This document shows, one piece after another, positions 23,838-30,485 of a stretch of DNA of 49,461 bases. Source of the DNA: a virus; IMG/VR virus record IMGVR_UViG_3300044501_000030. One strand, 5' to 3'. The translations under genes were made by a program, and so were the position numbers. The stretch's first letter is position 1; every line of letters begins with the position of its first letter. Below the pieces are notes generated by a model. That model saw only the letters and a program-made list of their open reading frames with translations, searched no databases and was not told where the DNA came from.

Positions 23838-24613
23838 AGTGTAAGACGGTGGCTAACCTGCAAGACGACTATTGGCACGCCATCGGCTACGGAGATCCTG
23901 GGGCAGGCAAGTCTGAGTTCGCGGCGAGTATGCCTAAGCCGTTGATCGTCTTTTTCTTCGACGGGCGTGGCAAGGATCGTCCCTACTTGAAGCGCGGCAC
24001 ACCGACGGAGATCACCGAAGGCCCCAACGGGGTGCCCTTCCGCGAAGTGCTCAGCAAGAAGGGCAAACCGATCATCCGTTTGGAGTACTACTACGACACG
24101 ATCGCCGACGATCCACATGCCGGCCGGACGTTCACCAGTCGCATGAAGCACTTCGTCGATGAAGACATTGACGAGTACCGATCGATGTCCATCGACAGTT
24201 CGACCATGCTCGAAATCTGCGTCCGCAAAGACCAACAGTACCGGCTGAACAAGAGGGCAAAGGACCCCCGCCAATGGTGGGCCGCAGCCACGGATCAGCT
24301 CGAAGAACTCTACATGGTCCAGTTCGCCGGCTTGCCCATCAACATCTTCGTCGCGATGCACATCAGCCCCGACAAGGATCAAGTCTCTGGTCGCATGGTG
24401 TTCAACCCCGCTGCGCCAGGGAGGCTCCAGACGAGGCTTGCGGCGGGCTACAGCGAGCTGTACCGCTTCTTTGCGAAGGACGACAAGGAGACGGGTGACC
24501 GGAACTATCTCATCCAGACGCGCTCAGACTCAAGCTACAACTGCGCGTCGCAGATCCCCGCCCCTGATCCGTGCGAGAACAACTGGAAAGCGCTGTTTGC
24601 GGAGGCTGAGTGA
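23834..24613 (+). CDS. Sak4-like RecA-superfamily ATPase (AAA_24-like), 259 aa
   Basis: Walker A YGDPGAGKSEFA near the N-terminus. Size and neighbourhood (nuclease upstream, SSB-like downstream) fit a phage recombination module. Confidence 0.65.
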   Translation: MKCKTVANLQDDYWHAIGYGDPGAGKSEFAASMPKPLIVFFFDGRGKDRPYLKRGTPTEITEGPNGVPFREVLSKKGKPIIRLEYYYDTIADDPHAGRTFTSRMKHFVDEDIDEYRSMSIDSSTMLEICVRKDQQYRLNKRAKDPRQWWAAATDQLEELYMVQFAGLPINIFVAMHISPDKDQVSGRMVFNPAAPGRLQTRLAAGYSELYRFFAKDDKETGDRNYLIQTRSDSSYNCASQIPAPDPCENNWKALFAEAE

Positions 24614-24882
24614 TGCGCAAATCAGCGAAATTGACACGCTATCGACGTGAGAAAGTTCGCATGCAGCAAAAGGTGGATGCCGCCTTCGACCGTGGCGTGG
24701 CTGAAGCTCGTCGCTGGACTGCGAACGAACGCGAAGCAGAGAAAGAGAAAACCGACGTGAAGGCGCGCGAGCAGGTGGAGCATCAACGGGAGTTAGAGGC
24801 CGTCGAACGCCTCTTTCGGAGCCACAGCCAAGTCACTGAAGCGCTCGCCCAGATGTTCATGTCGTATAAGGGACATAGGTGA
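24610..24882 (+). CDS. Hypothetical charged coiled-coil protein (90 aa)
   Basis: Track ORF with an ATGA overlap. Confidence 0.55.
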   Translation: MMRKSAKLTRYRREKVRMQQKVDAAFDRGVAEARRWTANEREAEKEKTDVKAREQVEHQRELEAVERLFRSHSQVTEALAQMFMSYKGHR

Positions 24883-24896
24883 AAGGAGGTGGTTTG

Positions 24897-25082
24897 ATGG
24901 AGACAGCAAAGAAAGAGCCACGCGTCATCAAGACACGAATCGTGTTGAAGTTTGATGTGTGGTATCGCCAAGGAGAAACCGTCCAAAGTGACATCCGTCA
25001 GAAAATGCGCAACGAGATACTTGGTAAACCGCTTCCGACAGGTGTTACAAACATCAACATCATTGATAACAAAAGGAGGTGA
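24897..25082 (+). CDS. Hypothetical protein (61 aa)
   Basis: AAAGGAGGTG followed by ATG at 24897, within track ORF 24879..25082. Confidence 0.5.
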   Translation: METAKKEPRVIKTRIVLKFDVWYRQGETVQSDIRQKMRNEILGKPLPTGVTNINIIDNKRR

Positions 25083-25087
25083 TCTGA

Positions 25088-25291
25088 ATGGCACGAGGAA
25101 CCGCGTATAGCAGGATGGCTCGTCTCGCCGCATTGGGCGAGAAGGTTGAGCAGTTGGTCAAAGGTAAACCCAAAGGGTTGCCACGCAAGCGCCGCAAGAA
25201 GAAGGAGGTCGAGGAGAAACCGAAGAAGAAGATGAAGAGGGCGAAGCAGGCGCCGGAGCCCGAAGAGGCTGACGACGACGAGTTGGAGTGA
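25088..25291 (+). CDS. Small Lys-rich protein with an acidic C-terminus (67 aa)
   Basis: Track ORF with AAAGGAGGTG upstream. It has …RKRRKKKEVEEKPKKKMKRAKQ… followed by EEADDDELE. Confidence 0.55.
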   Translation: MARGTAYSRMARLAALGEKVEQLVKGKPKGLPRKRRKKKEVEEKPKKKMKRAKQAPEPEEADDDELE

Positions 25292-25320
25292 CCGTCAACC
25301 ACGTCACGGAGGTGAGCTGA

Positions 25321-26073
25321 ATGGCAAAGAGTCTCGGAGCAACACTGAAGAAGGTGCCGGAGTCGAGCACCGTACCAGACGGTGGCTACCTGCTCGACAT
25401 CCACAAGGTGGAACCAGCAACGACCGGCACCGGGAAGAAATCCTACAAAGCCCAACTGAAGGTGCTGGAGCCAAAGAAGTACAAGGGCGCCATGGTGTTC
25501 GAGAACTTCACGATCGGGTCCGATGAGGACCCAGACGCGGACGAGCAGGACACGTGGGACACCAGCATGGGCGCCAAGCAGTTCAAGCAGATGGTCGAGA
25601 AGGCTGGCGTCGAACTTGGCGATCAGGACGAGGAAGACCTGTGTGGGGAGCTGAAAGGCTGCCACGTCTACGCGGTCATCGTCGAGGTGACACAGACCGA
25701 AGGCCAGTACAAAGGCTCCGTCCAGAACCGCGTTGCTCGCAACGGCTGGCACGCTGAGGGCGAGAAAGAGCCGTACACCGAAAAAGGTGGGGGCGACAAG
25801 CCGAAAGCCAAACTCGCCAGCAAGAAGGCTGCCGTCGAGGACGAGGACGATGAGGACGACGCGCCCAAACCGAAGGGCAAAGAGAAGGCGAAAGTGAAAC
25901 CAAAACCGTCGTCAAAAAAAGACGACGAAGACGAGGATGATGACGAGGAGGAGGAGGAAGACGAGGAGCCTGCACCCAAGAAGGGCAAGCAGGCAAAGCC
26001 CACCAATGACGAAGAGGAGGACGACGACGAAGAGGAGGAAGAGGAGGCCCCAAAAAAGCGACGGGCCAAGTAG
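25321..26073 (+). CDS. DUF669-like phage ssDNA-binding protein candidate with about 100 aa of alternating acidic/Lys-rich tail (250 aa)
   Basis: Position right after the Sak4-like ATPase is the usual pairing. The N-terminal ~150 aa are globular. The C-terminus consists of blocks of D/E runs and K-rich segments. Confidence 0.5.
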   Translation: MAKSLGATLKKVPESSTVPDGGYLLDIHKVEPATTGTGKKSYKAQLKVLEPKKYKGAMVFENFTIGSDEDPDADEQDTWDTSMGAKQFKQMVEKAGVELGDQDEEDLCGELKGCHVYAVIVEVTQTEGQYKGSVQNRVARNGWHAEGEKEPYTEKGGGDKPKAKLASKKAAVEDEDDEDDAPKPKGKEKAKVKPKPSSKKDDEDEDDDEEEEEDEEPAPKKGKQAKPTNDEEEDDDEEEEEEAPKKRRAK

Positions 26074-26186
26074 GCCCGAAGCCGAAGCCTGTGATCGTGC
26101 ACTGTCCGCTCTGTGAAAAGGACATGACCGACATGGAGTTCATCAGCTCTGCGCACAAGGCGTGCGTGGGGTAGGTTGGGGAGGGA

Positions 26187-26261
26187 CTTGGTCGTGGGTA
26201 TGGTGCGCAGGGAGATCCTGCGACGGGGTAAGGTTCCCCCCATGAAACACCCACGACCAAG
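26187..26261 (+). promoter_or_regulatory. Y-shaped structured element 15 nt upstream of the polymerase start (candidate RNA operator/leader)
   Basis: A perfect 13-bp stem pairs 26187-26199 with 26249-26261, and ATGG pairs with CCAT. The stem encloses two hairpins: CGCAGG-GAGAT-CCTGCG and GGGG-TAAGGTT-CCCC. Confidence 0.5.
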
Positions 26262-26276
26262 GTAGCGAGAGGTACC

Positions 26277-28745
26277 GTGCCGAAGCTCGTTAAGGATGAC
26301 GGTCCACGTAGCGCACGGGTTGTCGTTTGTGGGGAGGCACCGGGGCGCACGGAAGAGGCATACCGTCGCCCATTCGTAGGCGCTGCGGGAGCGATGCTAA
26401 CACGCTGGTTGAAGCGCGTCGGCCTCACACGCAAAGAGATTTACATCACGAATGTCTATCCCTATCGTCCGCCAGGAAACGACCTGAGGCGCATCCCATA
26501 TGCGGAGCTGCAACAGTGGACTGAGCAATTGCACCTCAGACTTGCAGCGCTTGACGGTCCTATCGTGATCGTCCCGATGGGCAATTTCGCGTTGCAGGCC
26601 ATCATCGGCAAGAGTGGGATCACGAAGCATCGGGGCTCCATCTATCAGTACACCGACCGGCGGGGCCGTGAGATCAAGGTCATCCCGACGCTGCACCCTG
26701 CCGCGATCTTTCGGCAGCAGAAGTGGGAGCGTCGCTGCATCCGTGATTGGCAGCGCATCGCCAGTGACAGCCAGTTTGCCGACCTTCGGTTGCCGCAGCG
26801 CACGCACGAGATCATGCCCACCATCCATGACGTGGAGCTGTTCTTGGTAGCTGCCAAAGCGGCTGGCACCGCGCTAGCGGTCGACATCGAGACCCCAATC
26901 AAATGGAAACGGAAGGTGATCGGCCACACCAAGAAGGGGACGCCAAAGATCAAGAAGGAGAAGGGCGCGCGGTTCATCGCCTGCGTGGGATTCGCCAACA
27001 GTGCTGAGCACTCGCTGACGATCCCCACCACACGCGCCTACTGGGGCGACAAGGATGAGCTAGCGCGAGCGTGGGAGTTGATTCGTGCACTGCTAGCGTT
27101 GCCCAACGAGAAGATTTTTCAGAACGGGTGGTTCGACACGTTCCACTTCAATCGGCTGGGGATGCCAGTGCGCAACTGGCGCTGGGACACGATGGCGCTC
27201 CATCACGTCCTGATCCCGAACGAGGATCACTCACTCGCGTTCATGGGCAGCGTCGACACACGCCAGCCGTACTGGAAGGATGACAGCAAGAGCCAAGACA
27301 AAGGCATCCCGGTCGATTTGGAAACCTACTGGCGATACAACGGCATCGATTGCTGTGTGACGTGGGAGCTGCACGCGAAGTACATCAAGGATCTCGAAGC
27401 GTGCGGCCGGCTGGACCTCTACTTGAAGCACCATCGTCGCCTCTTCAAGCCGCTCCTTCAGATGTCCGTCGAAGGCATCCGTTCCGACGAGCACCGGCGC
27501 AAGCAACGCTTCGCTCAGCTCACCGCCGACCTGATTCGCCTGCGCACCACGCTGACGGCCCTTGCGGGTGAGGAACTGTACGGCAAGAAGGGTAGCCTGT
27601 CGACGAAGAAGCTCCGCGCCTTCCTGTATGACAAGCTGGGCTTGCCGCCGATGACCAAGGGTGTGAAGGGCGAGCAGAAGATCACGACGGACGAGATCGC
27701 CGTTCGCAAATACCAACTGAAGTTTGGCCGGAAGCGTCCTGAGGTGAATGAGGCGTGTCAGTTGATCTTGGACCATCGACGGTCAGACAAGCTGCGTTCA
27801 TTCTATGCAGCGAAGACGTGCGATGAGGACAGTCGCATCCGGTGCTCCTATTCCATTGCGCCCGAGAGTGGCCGGCTGTCGTCCAGCAAGAATCCGATGG
27901 GCTCTGGCATGAATCTCCAGAATGTCGACCGCGAAGCGAGAGACCACTTCATCCCCGACGAGGGCCACATCTTGCTCCGCATCGACATGGCCCAGGTAGA
28001 GAGTCGCTACGTCTATATGTTCACGGGTGACGAAGAGCTGATCGAGAAAGCACGGTCCAAACCGTGGGAGTATGATGACCACCGAACTACCGCTGCAATC
28101 ATCTTTGGTGTGCAAGAATGCATGGTCAACAAAGACCAACGGTACTTCGGGAAGCGGGTCAATCACGCCTCGAACTACGACATGCAAGGCAAACGGATGT
28201 CTGACGAGATGCTGAAGGATGGCGTCGTGGAAACACCCGAACGCGGCCAGGCGATGATCGAGGCCCGCATGGATGCGGCCCCCGCGATTCGCTCCGTGTT
28301 CCACCGCGAGACGCGCCGCATGATCATGACGGAGCGCTGCCTCGTCAACAGTTGGGGCCATCGATTGGACCTCACCGACATCCGACTCGGCCCCGACGTC
28401 TTTCGTGAGGGCTACGCTTTCCGTGCATCGAGCGAAGCGTCGTTTACGATCAATCGCTGGGGCTTGATCCCTGCCTTCAAGTACTGCAAGGGTCGCGACG
28501 CCAAGCTCCGCAACCAGGTCCACGATGAGCTAGTCTTCAGCGTCGCGCCGGCTGAGGCGTGGGATCTCTACCAGTTCGTGAAGCAGTCGATGGAGCGTCC
28601 CCGTCCCACCCCCTACGGAGAACTGATGGTCCCGGTGACGTTGAAGATTGGGGTGAACTGGGGCAGCGGTCACGAGTGGCAGAAGCCACCCCAGAGAAAA
28701 GAATTTGAGGAGGTCATACGTGACACGCGAGCCAAAGCGAAATAA
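26277..28745 (+). CDS. polA: Family-A DNA polymerase with 3'-5' exonuclease domain, fused to an N-terminal family-4-like uracil-DNA-glycosylase domain (822 aa)
   Basis: UDG motifs are VVCGEAPG…PFVGAAG and IPTLHPAAIFR. Exo motifs are AVDIETP, QNGWFDTFHF and YNGIDCCVTWEL. Pol motif A is LLRIDMAQVESRY, motif B is RYFGKRVNHASNYDMQG and motif C is QVHDELVF. The start codon is GTG. Confidence 0.85.
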   Translation: MPKLVKDDGPRSARVVVCGEAPGRTEEAYRRPFVGAAGAMLTRWLKRVGLTRKEIYITNVYPYRPPGNDLRRIPYAELQQWTEQLHLRLAALDGPIVIVPMGNFALQAIIGKSGITKHRGSIYQYTDRRGREIKVIPTLHPAAIFRQQKWERRCIRDWQRIASDSQFADLRLPQRTHEIMPTIHDVELFLVAAKAAGTALAVDIETPIKWKRKVIGHTKKGTPKIKKEKGARFIACVGFANSAEHSLTIPTTRAYWGDKDELARAWELIRALLALPNEKIFQNGWFDTFHFNRLGMPVRNWRWDTMALHHVLIPNEDHSLAFMGSVDTRQPYWKDDSKSQDKGIPVDLETYWRYNGIDCCVTWELHAKYIKDLEACGRLDLYLKHHRRLFKPLLQMSVEGIRSDEHRRKQRFAQLTADLIRLRTTLTALAGEELYGKKGSLSTKKLRAFLYDKLGLPPMTKGVKGEQKITTDEIAVRKYQLKFGRKRPEVNEACQLILDHRRSDKLRSFYAAKTCDEDSRIRCSYSIAPESGRLSSSKNPMGSGMNLQNVDREARDHFIPDEGHILLRIDMAQVESRYVYMFTGDEELIEKARSKPWEYDDHRTTAAIIFGVQECMVNKDQRYFGKRVNHASNYDMQGKRMSDEMLKDGVVETPERGQAMIEARMDAAPAIRSVFHRETRRMIMTERCLVNSWGHRLDLTDIRLGPDVFREGYAFRASSEASFTINRWGLIPAFKYCKGRDAKLRNQVHDELVFSVAPAEAWDLYQFVKQSMERPRPTPYGELMVPVTLKIGVNWGSGHEWQKPPQRKEFEEVIRDTRAKAK

Positions 28746-28893
28746 GAAGTTTCTCCATCGTGATCGTTGCCAATGGTGCCTGCGCCGCATCAGTTTGGCA
28801 CCGATCAGGTTGCACGAACAGTACTGCAAAGCAGCACGGAAGCGGTTGATCCGACGAGTGGCTCTAATAGAGGACCGTGCGCAGAATCCTTGA
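28720..28893 (+). CDS. Small basic Cys-containing protein (57 aa)
   Basis: GAGGAGG lies 7 nt before the GTG at 28720. It overlaps the polymerase 3' end and has CQWC…C. Confidence 0.4.
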   Translation: MTREPKRNKKFLHRDRCQWCLRRISLAPIRLHEQYCKAARKRLIRRVALIEDRAQNP

Positions 28894-30109
28894 TGAGACG
28901 ACCGACCTGATCCGCCTGTATCGCCATCATGTCGGCAAGAGCGAGACACCGATCGACTACCATGTGTGGGCGTGTATCGCAGCCATCGCCGCGTGTGTCG
29001 CGGACCGGGTGTGGCTCACAAAGCTCGGTCGGCCGCTGAGCCCTGCTCTCTACGTGACCCTGCTGGGACCATCGGGGATTGGGAAGGGTGCCGCCACGGA
29101 GCACATGCTGAGCTACCTCGAAGACATCCCAGTCGTGAACACCTACAGCGGCGTCATCACGGCCCAAAAGTTCCTCCACTTCCTCGCCGGCACCAAAGTG
29201 AAGAAGCGTTCGGGTGGTGACAACGAAGTGATCGAGGTGAAGAAAGACCCTGCGAAGGTGTTCTTGGTGACGGAGGAGTTGACCTGGTGCCTTGGCGTGG
29301 GACCTCCAGCACTAGAGTTCGTACGGATGATTACGGGGATGTACAACAAGTCAACGACGATCAAGAAAGGGACGATCACCAGCGGCCTTCAGGTGTTGAA
29401 AAAAAGTTCGATCAACTGGCTCGGTGGCACCACCCTCGACTGGCTCACGGATGGCCTCCCACGCAGATCGATCGAAGGGGGCTTCATCGGCCGGCTCATC
29501 ATCGTCGATGCGGAGTACGATATGCAAAAACGCATCCGCGACGCGATCCTCCCTCCGGACGTCGAGGAAGTAACCGACCACATCCGGCGGCGCTTCCAAC
29601 GACTGACGGAGATCACCGGAGAGTTCGCTGTCACCAAACAGGCGCGCGCCATCGAAGATCAGTGGTTCTACGGACGGCCGGAGCCCAACGACGTACGCCT
29701 GATTCCCTCGTGGCGCCGCCAACATGATCATCTTTTGAAACTGGCGATGATCCTCTCGCTTTCCGAGAGCCACGATCTGCGGATCATGCGACGCCACATG
29801 ATCGCGGCGCGCGATCTCGTCGAACACACGTTTGCCGCGACGCTAAAGATCCTTGAAGCGTGCTACACAACGATTGAGACGGAAGGCATCGATATGGTAC
29901 GGAAAATCGTGCGGAACGCAAGCCAGATGAAGCATTCCGTGTTGCAACGCAAAGTCTCCCCGCGTGGGGTTGACGCGCGAAAACTCGCCGGCATCATTGA
30001 AACGCTCCGCGCAGGCCACGAGATCAAAATCTACTCGGGGGCCAGAAGGGGAAAGGTGTACGAATGGCAACGAACCAGGATCGGTGGGCAGAAGCCAAAG
30101 CAAAGCTAG
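28877..30109 (+). CDS. P-loop NTPase of the replication module (410 aa; helicase/primase-associated type, function uncertain)
   Basis: Walker A LLGPSGIGKGAAT and Walker-B-like VFLVTEE. The start codon is GTG. Confidence 0.6.
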   Translation: MRRILDETTDLIRLYRHHVGKSETPIDYHVWACIAAIAACVADRVWLTKLGRPLSPALYVTLLGPSGIGKGAATEHMLSYLEDIPVVNTYSGVITAQKFLHFLAGTKVKKRSGGDNEVIEVKKDPAKVFLVTEELTWCLGVGPPALEFVRMITGMYNKSTTIKKGTITSGLQVLKKSSINWLGGTTLDWLTDGLPRRSIEGGFIGRLIIVDAEYDMQKRIRDAILPPDVEEVTDHIRRRFQRLTEITGEFAVTKQARAIEDQWFYGRPEPNDVRLIPSWRRQHDHLLKLAMILSLSESHDLRIMRRHMIAARDLVEHTFAATLKILEACYTTIETEGIDMVRKIVRNASQMKHSVLQRKVSPRGVDARKLAGIIETLRAGHEIKIYSGARRGKVYEWQRTRIGGQKPKQS

Positions 30110-30231
30110 AGTCTCCAAAGTTGAATTGCTGCCTCGTGAATAACAACGAATGTCGTGGACCCTTGTGCAGCCACGGGTACTGTGAAGCCCACTGTGAAGA
30201 GCTGTGTGGCGAGAGCTGCCCATGCCGCTAG
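30064..30231 (+). CDS. Cys-rich mini protein (55 aa, 10 Cys)
   Basis: Hand-translated as MATNQDRWAEAKAKLESPKLNCCLVNNNECRGPLCSHGYCEAHCEELCGESCPCR. It overlaps both neighbours in a different frame, and its SD is weak. Confidence 0.35.
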   Translation: MATNQDRWAEAKAKLESPKLNCCLVNNNECRGPLCSHGYCEAHCEELCGESCPCR

Positions 30232-30485
30232 ACCGCACCCGTGTCACCGACTTCCATCATGCGCTCAACCGCATCGATCGCCTATTGGAGCAGTACGAAC
30301 CGAAGCACAAGGGCGCATGGAAGAACCAATTAGTAGCCGAGCATCTCGAACATGGGATCATTCACACGATCACCGCAAAGTACGAGTACCAGGTACTCGA
30401 AAAAGCGGTGATGATCGAGGAGGAACTAGCCTCCGCTGCCTGTCGTGCGCTGATGGCGCTGGAGCAGTGGTTGCAGCGAGGCTAG
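30222..30485 (+). CDS. Hypothetical protein (87 aa), last gene of the rightward block
   Basis: Track ORF 30204..30485 trimmed to the ATG at 30222. Confidence 0.5.
   Translation: MPLDRTRVTDFHHALNRIDRLLEQYEPKHKGAWKNQLVAEHLEHGIIHTITAKYEYQVLEKAVMIEEELASAACRALMALEQWLQRG

Noticed and set aside
26091-26175. Possible 27-aa CxxC micro-ORF (VIVHCPLCEKDMTDMEFISSAHKACVG) in the SSB-pol gap
   Set aside because: It would need a GTG start with no SD and it has only one CxxC pair. The evidence is insufficient to call it.
26187-26261. tRNA or tRNA-like gene
   Set aside because: The 13-bp terminal stem, the presence of only two internal hairpins, the lack of a T-loop (UUCRA) or anticodon arm, and the absence of a CCA-proximal discriminator context are incompatible with a tRNA cloverleaf.
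25668-26434. Minus-strand ORFs of 191 and 252 aa with poly-Ser/Pro runs
   Set aside because: They are the antisense reading of the GAG/GAC-rich acidic tail of the SSB-like gene and of the intergenic leader. They are an artefact of low-complexity sequence.
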